The position numbers and the translations under genes are program-made. A DNA stretch of 64,000 bases from Stegostoma tigrinum (Eukaryota), in NCBI RefSeq assembly GCF_030684315.1, contig NC_081376.1, positions 33,757,608 through 33,821,607 on the forward strand, read 5' to 3'. Shown piece by piece: positions 1-12,770 of this stretch. Positions within the stretch are counted from its first letter, which is position 1; each line of letters starts with the position of its first letter. The notes beneath the pieces were generated by a model that worked only from the letters and a program-made list of their open reading frames with translations, made no database searches and was not told where the DNA came from.

Positions 1-652
1 CAACATTTGCAGTTAATGACAGATTTCTCTGCTTTGTGGTCATTCTTGAATATATCATAAGTTTGCATAGATAAATTTACTTGGAAATTAAGTGAAAACC
101 AAATTCTAAACTTAACCATTGGGTCTCTACTTTCTTTTGACAAAATGGCTCGACGACTTGTAGTCTTGCTTCAAGTAATTAAAATGTTAAGTAATGGATT
201 TAACGCTCCATTTTAGTATTTGAAATGATCCAGATTAAAGTCTCAGTTAACCCAAGAATCTATTGAATGTACAACTCATTCATTTTGTCGCACTGTAATC
301 TGAGCTTCCCACATGATGATCCAATATGCTCATCATACATTGGGAAATTCATTCCACTTAACTAAGCTAAACTTGAACTAAGTCAAATTTAACTGATAAT
401 AATCAATATATATTTTTAAATACAAATGTTAATGTTTAGTCTTGCATCACAGGCTTGGCAAGTGAATAGCCAAAATATTTAGTCTCATAGTATCAGATTT
501 TTCAGCAAAATGTTGAACTTTTTTTTTTAAAATGTCCATATCCTTTTTCCCCTGCCTATTTTCAAATTGCTCCTTTATCCCAGCATCCTCTAGCAGTAAT
601 AATATTCAGATCAAACTTGGTCCATTGGTTGATTTGCAGTAGAGTCTGTGGA

Positions 653-3600
653 TCAGGATTCATTCAAGCGCAGCAAAGTTCCAGTAGTTGTTGGAATGCT
701 GAAAAGAAAAGCAGAAAATGTATAAAATACAACTCCTACAACCCTCACATTCCAATCATAACATGAAATAGAAAGTCAATGTTTTCAATTCATCAGTTCA
801 GAATAAGAGGGAAAAATATGAACCACTGTAAAATTAAGAAAGGACATGACAATTGTAACTAACTTTTTCAGACAGCCTGCAATACTGCAATGGAACAAAG
901 GCCACTTTGTGGTCTAAAGTTTATGGCATCAATGACAAATGAAACACATGTTTAAACCACTTTGAAAGACCTGAAAAAGGTATTTAAATTCTTTATAATC
1001 CTTCTGTTTTCCTAAAATGATGATTTCTGCTTAGATCACATCATTTAAGTCATCACCCCTCCCCTAACTAATGGGAGCAGAGAGCGATTTTCTCACAGCA
1101 GGTATGTGCAACTTTATTCACATTGTTTTCTCTTGCTGTGCAAACAGAACCTTGCATGAGGTTCATGCATTCTCCCCATCAGTTACTGGTATAACAGCAA
1201 TTTGCAAAGTGGAGCAGCAAAAAAAAACTAAAGATCATGGCAGCGCTCCAATCATATCCTTGTCTAGTGTTTACACACTAATTTATCAGAGATCACAGGA
1301 TGGCAGTCAGAAAAAACATTCCTAATTGATTGGCAGCTGCTGCTCCCAGACCATAATTTGGCTAATTTACTTCCTCCCAATTTAAAATGTTGATGTTGCT
1401 AATTCGAGAACATCACCTGATCTCAGACAGGAATCGAAGCCAACCTAGCTTTCCTGTCTATGCATTGCACATTTCATCAAAACTTAACAACAGATCCCTG
1501 CTAAGTAGTAGATAATTCCCCATAGATTATGCTGATTGAATTAAGCAAAAAAAAGGCTACTTCACCATTTCACCAACTCTGCTCCAACGATGTCATGGAC
1601 ATGATACTGGATCCCTAACTTCACAGTGGACGTCACTTTACGTGCTTCTAAGTCAGACTGCAAAACCTCATTGTATTTAGATTTCCGTATCATGCGAAGA
1701 ACAGCTTTGCGACCTGTGAAGTGTAACCAATGCAAGGGTTTATCTTTTAACTGGTGACTGTTAACTGTTAAAACAACATCCAAAAGCAGACAGATGCAAG
1801 AAAAGGCCCGAAACATCAGCTTTCTTGCTCGTAAGATGCTGCTTGGCCTGCTGTGTTCATCCAACTCTCTGATGATGGGTCTAGGCCCAAAACGTCAGCT
1901 TTTGTGCTCCCGAGAAGCTGCTTGGCCTGCTGTGTTCATCCAGCTTCACACTTTATTATCTATACCTTGTTATCTCAGATTCTCCAGGACCTGCAGTTCC
2001 TATAATGTCAGATGCGAGAAAATCACTGGTACAAGACTGGGAGTGTACTACAGCAAAACTGGATTCGACCATTCTGTATTGAAACGCCATACCAAAGCAA
2101 TTCCACACTGTCACTGCACCGTCACAGTATTAGAGTGAGTTTTGAAACATCTGTCGCATTTTTCTGAAATACCTTTCTTAAATAATAAAACACTTTTCAG
2201 GGTTTCAGGACAATCAACAAATGTACTTTGAAAAATTACCAGTTGTCGTTTTGTAAATAACTCAATTTGAACGTGGTAAAGTCCTATTAACAGGAAATGT
2301 GATACTCTATTTCCGTGATATGGTTTGATGGCTAAATATCAGTCAGGACAACAAAAGAACTCTCCTGCTTTTGACTGAATAGTGCCATACAATCTTTTAT
2401 ATTCCTACAGTCATAATGTCAGTCATACAGCACAGAAACATACCCTTCGGTCCAACCAGTCCATGCCATCCATTATCCAAAACTACTCTCCCTGCCTGTG
2501 TTCAAAACATAGAACAGTACAGCATAGTATAGACCGCTCAGCCCACAATGCTGTGCTGACCTATTATCCTACTAAAATCAACCTACCCTACATTTCACTA
2601 TTCTCCATTGCCTATCCAAGAATCATTTAAAAGTCTGTAATGTATCTGACTCCACTACCACTGCCAGCAGTGCATTCCACATGCCCAACACTCTTGGCTC
2701 ACATCCCTCCAAACATTTCTTATTAGTGTACTTACCTAAATGTCTTTTAAATGTTTTAACTATACCTGCATCCACCATTTCCTCCAGACATTCATTCCAC
2801 ACATGAACCACATTGTAAGAAAAAAAAATTGCCCCTCAGGTCTTTTTAAAATTTTCTCCTCTCACATTAAAAATATGCCCCGTAGTCTTGAAATCTCCCA
2901 CCCAAGGAAAAAGACACTTGCCATCCACCTATCTACACCCATCCTGATTTTATAAACATGCATAAAAGGTCACCCCTCATCCTCCTACACTCCAGTGAAA
3001 AATGTTCCAGCCTATTTAGCTTCTCCCTATAACACAAACCTTTCATATTCGGCAACATCCTGGTAAATCTCTTCTGGACCCTCTCCAGCTTAATAATATC
3101 CTTCCTATAACAGGATGACAAGAACTGGACACAGTACTCTAGAAGAGGTCTCATCAACGTCCTGTTACAAACTCAATATAAATATCCTAACTCTTCTACT
3201 CAAACAGTTTGAGCAATGAAGGCAAGTGTGCTAAATACCTTCTCAAACCCCACTGCTATACATGACATAAACTTCAAAGAATTATGTACCCGAACCCCTA
3301 GGTGTCTCTGTTCGAGAATACCAGCCAAGGCCCTACTTTTAATTGCATAAGGCCTGCCTTTGTTTCTTTTATCAAAATGTAACACCTCACATTTATCCAA
3401 ATTGAACTCCATCTGCTGCTCTTCAGCCCATTGACCCAATTGATCAAGATCTCTTAATCTTAGATAACCTTCATCATTGTCCACTATACCATCAATCATG
3501 GCGTTATCCACAAACTTACTAACCATGCCATCTATATTCTCCTTGGAATCAATCACTTATATAATTGGCTAACAAAAGTAGGCCCAGCACTGATCCCTGG

Positions 3601-6600
3601 GGAACACTGGTCTTGGGCCTCTAGTGTGAAAAACAATCCTCCTCCACCGCCACCCTTTGTCTCCTGCCATTAAGTCAATTTTGTATCCAATTGGCAAGCT
3701 CATCCAGAATCCCATGAGATCTAACTCTACTAATTAGTCTACCATGTGGAACCTTGTCAAAGGCTTTACTAAAGTCCAAGTGAACAATGCCTACCATGCT
3801 GACTTCAATATTCTTGGTAATTTCCTCAAAAAAGTAAGATTCCTCCCCCCTCCCCCATTTCTGAAGAAGGGTCCCGACCCGAAACGTCAGCTTAGCTTTC
3901 CTGCTCCTCTGAAGCTGCCTGGCCTGTGTTCCTCCAGCTCCACATGTGCTGTCTCTGAGTCCAGCATCAGCAGTTCTTACTATCTCTGAATGAGTTACAA
4001 CCCCACTGCAAAGCCTGTCCTAGGGATGCTCACCTTGAAGAGGTTATCCTCGTCCCTCCAGAAAGACCTCAGTGGATCTCTCTCCCACTGCAACCCTCTG
4101 GTAATCTCTTTGGCCCTGAAACTCTTCGAACATAGACTGAGGCAAACCAGGTACTACAGCCACATCTCTTGTCTCAATACCTGCCGATGGAATCAGATCA
4201 TCCCCTGTGGACGCCAAACTACATTCAGGCCATCCCAATTTGGCCCTCATCACAACAACCTCTACATACACCTCATATTCCACCTTAGGAGCCGACAGCC
4301 CAATGGCTTAAATGTGGATTTTACCAGTTTCAAAATTTCCCACCCCGGTCTCATCCCATGACAAACCCTCCCTCTCATCCCCACCTCCTTGATCTGACAC
4401 AACCTGTCCATCTTCTCTCCCACCTCTCTGACCAATCCCCACCACCATCCCACCTACTATCCCCAGCCCCACACCTCCTCTCCCTATTTATTTCTGAGCT
4501 CCCTTCCCCCTTTCCCATTTCTGAAGAAGGGTCCCGACCTGAAACGTCAAATTTCCTGCTCCTCTGATGCTGCCTGGCCTGTTGTGTTCCTCCAGCTCCA
4601 CAGTGTTATCTTTGACTAGGTTGGGATTGTTTTTGCTAGAGTTCAGATGAACGGGGGTGGGGTGGGGGATCTCAGAGACATATAAAATTCTAACAGGACT
4701 GGACAGGGTAGATGCAAGGAGGATCTTCCTGATGGTGGTTGTGTCCAGAACCAGGGGTCACATTGTAAGGATTCAGGGTAGACAACCTAGGACAGAGATG
4801 AGGAAACATTTCTTCACCCAAAGCGTGGTGAGCCTGTGGAGTTCATTACCACACGAAGTAGTTGATGCCAAAATACTGAATGTATTCACAAGGCAACTAG
4901 AGATAGCACTTGGTGCAAATGGGATCAAAGGTTCTGGGGAGAAAGCAGGATAAGGATATTGAGTTGGATGATCAACCATGATAGTGAAGAATGGCACAGC
5001 AGGCTCGATGGGCCAACTGGCCTCCTCCTGCTTGTATGTTTCTAAGAAACTCAAACACGTTCAAGAGATACGAATTCCGTCGCAGAAAACCACACTGTAT
5101 CTCTCTCATCATTCCTTGCCTGTCCAAATGCATACTAATCCAATCTTTCAGAATCACCTCTAACATTGCACTCATGACTGCAGTCAGATTCACAAGTCTA
5201 TAGTTCCCAGGCTTCTCCCGGAATCCCTTCTTAAACAAAGACACAACATTAGTCACTTCCCAGTCACCTGGCACCTCAGCCACAGTTACAGATGATGCAA
5301 ATATCTCTGCAAGGGAACCTGCAATTTCCTCCCGAACTTCCCACAGAGTCCTGGGATACACTCGATTAGGTCTCAAAGATTTATCCACCTTTTTGTTTTA
5401 TAAGGCTTCCAGCACTTCCTCCTCTGTAATGCGATCTGTTTATAAAAAAAATTTACTTCCGAGTTCTCTAGGTTCCATTTCTTCTTCCACCATAAAAACT
5501 GATGCAAAATATTCATTTAATATCTCTCCCATCTCCTGAAGTTCAACAAAAAGATGCCTTATTAAATCTTTAAAGTGGCCCTACTCTCTCTCTCTAGCTC
5601 TTAATGTACTTGTAGAATCTACCTGGATTATCCTCAATTTATTTGCCAAGGTGCTGTCATATCTTCTCTTTGCCTTCCTGATCTCCCTCTTTAGAATACC
5701 CCTACACTCTTTTATACTGTTTAGAAGATTCATTTAAATCCACTTGTCTTTATTTAAATATACAACTTTTTTTTTATTCTTGACCAGAAAGTCAATAAAT
5801 TTATTCATCCTTCATTCTCTAATCCTACCAGATTTATCTTTCACACTAACAGGAACAATGATTCTGAAATCTCAACACCACACTTCTGAAAGACTCCCAT
5901 TACCTGTCAAGAATCTAATCCAAATAATTTTTCAAAATTCTTGTCATATACCATGAAAATTTGCCTTACTCCAATTAAAAAAAACTTTAACTTTTACAGA
6001 AGCCCTATCTTTTGTGGCCGGTTGGCTCGCCGAGCTGGTTCGTTGTTCTGCAGATGTTTCATTACTCTGCTGGGTAACATCATCAGTGCAGCCTCCGATG
6101 AAGCGCTGCTGTGTTTTCCTGCCTGTTATTTGAACTCTGATGTCCGTTGGGCTAGATTACCTCACTTCCGGTTTTCCTTCACAATGGAATGTATATCTGT
6201 GTGTTTATTGATGGCTTTCTTAGCGGAGTACCAGGCTTCTAGGAATTCCAATGCTTGTCTCTGCTGTGCTTGTCCCAATCGAATTAGTGGTTCTCCTTAT
6301 CCATGTGTAGAGATGATTGAGTATTGGTCATGTCCTTTTGTTGCCAATTGATGTTTGTGTACCCTTGCAGTTAAATTTCCTTCCTGGTTGTCCAATGTAG
6401 CATTTGTCAGTGCTTCACTGGAGGCCTTACTGATGTTACCCAGCAAGTAACAAAACATCTGCGGAACAATGAACCAGCTCGGTGAGCCAGACAATCAACC
6501 ACAACATCCACTACCAGAGATACAAATCTACTTTAAAACCTTACAGCCTTATCTCTTTCCATAACTATTTTAAAACAAATAGAATATTGATCACTAGCCC

Positions 6601-9600
6601 CAAAGTATTCCGCTACTATTGATTCAGTTGCTTGCCTTATTACCCAAGAGAAGGTCAAGTTTTGCTCCTTCTCTAGTAGGAACATTTACATATTGATAAA
6701 GAAACATTTCTTGAACACATTTAACAAATTCGTCACCAACCAAACCTTCACCAATATGATAGTCCCAGTCAATGTTTGGAAAATTAAAATCAGCTATTAT
6801 TATAAGCATATTAGCCTTACATATTATTGGAAATCTCTCTACATATTTGTTCTTTACTTTCCTCCCTGACTCTATGAGGAACCTTGGTACAATCCCATCA
6901 AGAAGTTCATTCTTTATTTATTTCTTCTTTCAAATATTCTTTATATCCTTCCTAAAGTATCTGAAACCCAGACCACTCAGCTGCCAATCCTGTCCAGGTT
7001 TCTGTAAACGCTATTGCATCCCAATCCCAAGCTCCCAAAAATGTCCGAGTTCATCAGCTTTACCTGTAAGACCCCTTGCTTTGAAATAAATGCAGTTTAA
7101 TTCTTCAGAGTTTTTACTTTGCTCTCTGACTTGCTCTTGTCTGTCTTTTGCAATTAACTTGTTCTTTTCAGATTTAAAATCATCCTCATCTGTCTTTCTA
7201 TTTACTCTAGTACTTAGGATTCCGCCACCCCACTATGTCATTCCTACTAGTTTTACATCACATCTGAAACATACAACCACAATCCCTCAGCACCGAGCTG
7301 AAGAGTCAGCCTAGATTACTTGCACAAGTGTCCGGCTTCTGAGCCACAGCTAAACATGCTAGCACTGAGCCAAGGTTAATAACTTCACTTTTAGTCATTA
7401 AAACATTGAGCTATATCTCAGACCCAAACAGAAATCAACCTGCATAAGATAATAAAATGTGAGGCTGGATGAACACAGCAGGCCCAGCGGCATCGCAGGA
7501 GCACAAAAGCTGACGTATCGCGGGCCTGCTGTGTTCATCCAGCCTCACATTTTATTATCTTGGATTCTCCAGCATCTGCAGTTCCCATTATCACTGAATC
7601 AACCTGCAGCTTTCTGACTGAATTCAAAGTTGTTTGAGCTGATCCGCAACAGTCACGTTTCAAATGCATGGAACTCACCATTTACAAAATATTTCACAAA
7701 TCGGCCAGCTCCTGGAATAGCAAGCCACCAACTTCCAACATCTCGTACTGTAAGAAGTCCTGCATTCACCAGTTGTCTGTTAACAAAGTAAAAACAAAAG
7801 TACTTTTAAAATGAATGTAGGTCGCCAAATGAGCTAACCTTAAGGAACAGCCTCTGTACATACAATGGAGATTATAGCTATTCCATTGGCATTTGCAAAT
7901 CTGAAGATGATTTTATAAAGTATATTGTCTCCATAATAACATGAAAGGAAGTTAGACATTAAAGAAAAAGGTCCTGTTTTCCAGAACTAAAGTGGGCATA
8001 AAATAACACATCATACCATTTGAAGAAGACTAGGAAGTTCTTACAAACATTCTGGTCAATACAACCCCTCAGTAAACACTAACAACAGATCATTCTTCTC
8101 GATGCTGCCTCAGTGCCAAGTGGCTGCTTAATCTGTCTATATAACAACCATCCCATTTCGAAGTAATTAATCAAAAGCAAGAGAGCTCAGAGACACAGTA
8201 AAGTACTGCCACAAGCATATTATGATGCAGTACATTGGTGACAATTTAACACATTTGATCTTATCCTTTTCACTTAAATGAATAAAAAAGGGAATCCATT
8301 TGGCAAAACAAACTTAAGTAATTAACTTGAGTGTGTCTTTCACCTGGAGCCTGGTTCTACAGTAATTCAAATGCTATAACAGCCTTTTCTGCAAAGTTCT
8401 TAATTGGCATTTTCTAAACACTGCTAATATACAAAGGTTAACTGGCATCTAAATTTGTTTCTTCAAATTATACAGAAAAAAAATCTGAATCAAAAACTGA
8501 AGAACATTCAGATTTCTACTTTAGTATTTTTTAAAAAATCACTGATTTCCTATCAGTGAGCAAATATCTCAACATTTAATAAAAACAATGAGTAAATATA
8601 AAGCAGAAAAAGTAGCAATACTCAGCAGATCCAGCAGCAACACTGTTTCAAGTCAGTGACTTCTCTTCGAGACTTTAAATAAACCTTTTTGAAGTGCTTT
8701 CTTTTAAATATATTTAAGTGGTCATTCAAGTCATAAAAATCTGTCATAGTGTGCTAATTAAAATCACAGAATAGGTTTGTGATGTTGAATGTCCTGCTGC
8801 TTTCCTGCAAGAAGATGCAATTCTTTAATGTGCTATTCCTTATTATCACCATCATATGTACCTACGTTATTTCTTGGTCATGAAATGAAAACTCCTTCAG
8901 CATTTTATCTTTGTTGAAACCAATATCTGTACACGAGTTCAACACAGTGTCCAGAAACCTTTGCACTGTTGAGGCAGTCTCTTTCGTTGCTGTTGCAGCC
9001 AAAACCTTACTTTTGTAATCTTCAGTAAACACAATGCCGAACACATCTGCGTCAAATCCAAATTGGAAAATACGAACATGTCCCAGATCCTTCAGTTCAT
9101 TCTGATCAACATATATGAATGAAGACAATAAGATCATTAACTGTCAATTTAGATAAATGTCAATACCCCGAGATTCTAAACATTTAGTGAGTAAGTGATT
9201 ATAATTAGTTACAGTATCAACCTTGTTTCCGTAGAAAGCATGCTTGACTCAGAGTCAACAGATTGTAGATTCACATCTCGCTCAAGTGACTTGAGCACAT
9301 AATCCATGATGGCACAGTCATGAGGAAATACAGAAGGAAATTTACCCAAAATGATAGCTGTGTGTCTGTCTCTAACAGATACTGTCTGACTGTTAAAAAT
9401 GTTTCCAGAATTTTCTATTTTTACTGAACAAGGAATTCAAATGGTTACAAAGCAACTTATCAACCATGATGGGGTAGGCTCACTCAGTCCACCAGCTGGC
9501 CCGAGTGCGTCGCAGAATGATGTGAGCTTAGTTGGTATCCTAGCTGCATCACTTCACGGAGGCTTGCCTTCTTGCCCTGCGCCGTGCTTGGTATGGAGTG

Positions 9601-11247
9601 GTGTGTCTCAATCATTACAAACATCTGTCTCTCCAATACAGGACGGTGCCAATATTCCCTCAAAATATGAGTGATTACATTATTGATCCTTATTCATGCA
9701 TCTCAAACTCAACCTCTCAATCAGTTCCTGAAAAATGTCAGCAACACATCTATAGTAGCTTGATACGGTAATGGGACTTACCAGCTGACGATCAACTGTG
9801 GTTTTGTCTTTAACAATGCTGTAAAGTTGGTGTTTTAGAACGATAGGTGGAAGAGAATCATCAAATAACTTCCGAGGAAACAAGGATGCTAAAAAAACCA
9901 GCGCAGACTTAGTATCGTTTGGCATTCCTATTCAGAAAAAGTAAGGAAGGATTCTAATGTTTTGGATTTGAACGTCTTTCCAAACAGCAAAAATAATTAT
10001 ACAATGGCAGGAACCTAAACTGAAACAAATCTGTGTGCATTTTGTAAATAAAGCGGGCTGATTATCAAGGGCTTTCTTTCGATTACAATAATAAAATCTG
10101 GATTAAATAAAAACTTGACATTTAGCAGTAATATCTAGTCAGGAATAAGCTACTTATTACTATAATTTGCATTTTTTTCCCCCCCACAAATGGTTGTGTT
10201 TTGTTTGAACTCTTTAATATGTTCAAGACTGTCAAAGCTGTCATAGTGGGAAATAAACTTATAGCCTCTAGCTCACTGGTTCAGCATAACCGGTCAGCTC
10301 CTATACCCAATTTAAATAAAGCCTTTAGCATGGATTCAAAAAGAAACTAGCTCCCCAATTCTGAAAGTTGAGAGATCCTCAGAGAAAGGGGGTGTCCCAT
10401 CAGGAAGGGCCGATTAGAATGAACCATTTTCTCAGGAGTTCAGAAGTGATCTCATTGAAACAGAAAGCATGTTCAGAGTGGACACAAAGGTTGTTAACCC
10501 TGGCTGCAGAATCTAGAACTAGGAGTTCATGCCTCAGAATACAGGGTTGGCCACTTAAGACTGGGCTGATGAGAGATCTTTTCTCTCAGGTAGTGAATCT
10601 TTGAAATTCTTGATTGAATTTGGAATTCAAATGAAATTGATAGATCTTTGGCCAATAAAGAAACCAAAGGATATGTGAAGAGGGCAGAAAACTGCCATAA
10701 ATTGTACTGAACAGCAGAACAGGTTGAAAACATAAGATGGCCTACACACCTGGTCCTATTTCTTATGTTCTTCTGTGCAGCAAGTGAGAAATTTAAAACT
10801 GATGGAGCACAGGTTGAGGTGAAATCATGAAACAGATTATCTCCATCAGTATTTAGCCTGGCGTTGAAGTGGAGGTTACAATTGCTGATGCTTGAATGTC
10901 TATCAAAAATACATTTTAAAATCCTAAAATAAAAGAATCGGGCAAGTGGAGGGTTTAAGTGGGTTTAGGGCTCCAACTGGCTGCAGAGATCAGATGGGAC
11001 AAAGTCTGAAAGAGAATTATAAGCTGGAGCAAAATTTCTGAAATCGTTACACTGGGAGATGGAGGTTTGTGGCAACAAAGAAGTAGAAGAATATATTTTC
11101 CAATTGTATTATTTGGAAATCAATATTGATACCTTCAAATTCTTGGGCTCCATTCTTATCTAATAATTTAAATTCTTCCGTTAATCCAATTTTTTGCTTC
11201 TTAACCTGCCGGAAAACATCTGGTATCAAGTTTCTCTTCCGATTCAT
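653..11247 (-). CDS. STK19: STK19 / WHR1 winged-helix transcription-coupled repair factor, 6 coding exons, 262 aa
   Basis: Exons (-): 11247-11133, 9927-9782, 9101-8866, 7776-7679, 1713-1566, 698-653 (789 nt). All introns are GT-AG and phases match. Peptide MNRKRNLIPD..LFPRKLFDDSLPPIVLKHQLYS..FGFDADVFGIVFTEDYKSKVL..QLVNAGLLTVRDVGSWWLAIPGAGRFVKYF..GRKAVLRMIRKSKYNE..LGIQYHVHDIVGAELVKCIPTTTGTLLRLNES* parallels the short human STK19 protein as I recall it. An acceptor AG lies 2 nt upstream of the ATG, implying a non-coding first exon. Confidence 0.95.
1805..2008 (+). mobile_element. Penelope-like (PLE) pLTR fragment, tandem partial copies
   Basis: Two direct partial pLTR units (GGCCCGAAACATCAGC.. 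and CTGATGATGGGTCTAGGCCCAAAACGTCAGC..) plus tail. TSD CAGATGC(A/G)AGAAAA at 1791-1804 and 2009-2022. Confidence 0.75.
2505..3830 (-). mobile_element. CR1 LINE 3' fragment (RT C-terminus and 3' UTR), degenerate
   Basis: Frameshifted RT peptides SKFVDNA.., [35 protein letters not shown]. Confidence 0.85.
3838..4617 (+). mobile_element. Internally deleted Penelope-like element with direct pLTRs
   Basis: Direct repeats at about 3840-3960 and 4500-4615, each with CTGAAGAAGGGTCCCGACC(C/T)GAAACGTCA. The ORF remnant fuses a PLE N-terminal-like segment (..YYSHISCLNTC..IIPCG) to the GIY-YIG C-terminal motif HLIFHLRSRQPNGLNVDFTSFKI. Confidence 0.75.
3861..3890 (+). ncRNA. Minimal hammerhead ribozyme motif (PLE pLTR)
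   Basis: CUGAAGA-A-GGGUCCCGACCC-GAAA-C-GUC. Conserved core with a stem II hairpin and loopless stem III (dimer-type); stem I is weak. Second copy at 4521-4548. Confidence 0.6.
6013..6540. mobile_element. Penelope/Poseidon-type PLE fragment with inverted pLTR
   Basis: The minus strand encodes a GIY-YIG C-terminal remnant (RVHKHQLATKGHDQYSIIS..QAQQRQALEFLEAWYS..AINKH). The pLTR at 6013-6110 (-) is mirrored by a degenerate copy at about 6410-6500 (+). Inserted into a CR1 fragment. Confidence 0.75.
6048..6091 (-). ncRNA. Minimal hammerhead ribozyme motif (Poseidon-type pLTR)
   Basis: Minus strand CUGCA-CUGAUGA-U-GUUAC-CCAGCAGA-GUAAU-GAAA-CA-UC-UGCAG. 5-bp stem I (CUGCA/UGCAG), 5-bp stem II and intact core. 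GAAACGUC has decayed to GAAACAUC. Confidence 0.65.
7446..7596 (+). mobile_element. Short fold-back PLE-derived insertion
   Basis: Perfect 40-bp arms at 7446-7485 and 7522-7561, then the tail GGATTCTCCAGCATCTGCAGTTCCCATTATCACT. 12-bp TSD AATCAACCTGCA at 7433-7444 and 7597-7608. Confidence 0.85.
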
Positions 11248-11924
11248 TACTACAAATAGAAAGTGGAAACGCATAACAATTAAAACATGATGGCTCATAT
11301 TTTACTGTACAATAATGTTAATTTCAAAATACAGGAACATGGTTCACTTTAACATCTATAAATATCATATGCTAATTTACTCATCCAGCACAACCAGTTA
11401 GCTACAATACCCAATTTATACAAAGGCTTTAGCATAGATTCACAATAAAATTAGCTCCCCATGCAGAAAACCTCTGGAAGCTGAGACACCCGAGAGGAGG
11501 GGACTGCCCCATCAGGAAGCAATTAGAACGGCCCATTTTCTCTGGATTTCAGAAGTGATCTTCCTGAAGTTAAGATATATTGAGGGGGCTTGACAGAATG
11601 GATACAATCAAACCAGCTTGAAAAAAAGACTTGAGCCATTTCCTTAACCTGTGTTTATTTAGCATCTTTCACGACCTCAAGATATTTGAAGGTGCGTTAC
11701 AACCAAGGAAACACTTCTGATAATGAGGGAAGCAGAACAGTCAATTTCCACACAGCAATATCCCACAAACAACAATGGTGAAATGACTAGATATTCATTT
11801 TTTAAGCAATGTTGGATGAGGTTCAAATATGGGTTGGGATGCCAGGAGAGCTTCCTTTCTTGTTTTCAAAATAAGTATCAAAGAATCGTTTACATTTGCC
11901 TGAGACCAGATATGATTTTGCTTA

Positions 11925-12770
11925 GAGTCATATAGCATGAAAAAAAGAGCCTTAGGCACAGTTCACCCATGCTAACCATGTTTCCTAAATTGACTAGTCC
12001 TATTTTCCCATATTTGGCCCATATCCCTCAAAACTTCCTATCAATGTACCTGTCCAAATGAGTCTTCAAATGTTGTAATTGTATTCACTTCTACCACTTC
12101 CTCTGGATGCTCGTTCCATACACACACACACATAACCCCCACCAAGTGTGAAACATTGCCTCTCAGGTCCCTTTTAAATCTTTCCCCTCTCACCTTAAAC
12201 CTATGTCCTACAGTTTTGGACTCCCCTTCCCTGGGAAAAAGACCTTGGCTATTCACCTTATCTATACCCCTCATGATTTTATAAACCTCTATAAAAGGTC
12301 AATCCTCAGCCTCTTACAGTCCAGGGGTAAAAAAGTCCCAGCCTATCCAATCCCTTCTTATAACTCAAAACCTCCAGTCTTGATAACATCATTGAAAACC
12401 TTTTCGCATCCTTTCCAGTTCAACAACATCATTCCTACAGCAGGGCAACCAGAATTGTACACAATACCCCAAATATGTCTTAGCAATGTCTTGTACAGCC
12501 TTCACCAGACATCCCAACTCCTGTACTCAATGCACTGAACATTGAAGGCAAGCATGCCAAGCACCTTCTTCTCTGCAGTATCTATCTATGATGCCACTTT
12601 CAAGGAACTATATACCTGCATCCCTAGATCTCTCTGTTCGAAAACATGTCTCAGTATCCTATCATTAACTATGTAAGCGCTGCCCTGGTTTGTCTGACCA
12701 AAATGCAACACATCACATTTATCAAAATTAAATTTCACCTGCCATTCCTCAACCCACTGGCCCAATTTAA
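11925..12770 (-). mobile_element. CR1 LINE 3' fragment
   Basis: WQVKFNFDKCDVLHFG and [17 protein letters not shown] peptides. Confidence 0.8.

Larger units (their letters stand above)
4620..7240. mobile_element. Cluster of CR1 LINE fragments (4620-5040 +; 5050-7240 -, interrupted by a PLE)
   Basis: RKHFFTQSVVSLWSSLP (+). PGNYRLVNLT and APE-like IIADFNFPNIDWD..PTREGAKLDLLL (-). Confidence 0.8.

Noticed and set aside
1869-1900. Active hammerhead
   Set aside because: The core GAAA is mutated to AAAA (also at ~59900), so it is counted only as a PLE remnant.
11125-11132. U12-type intron in STK19 (GTATC..)
   Set aside because: The donor is GTATCAAT, not GTATCCTT, and no U12 branch site was seen.
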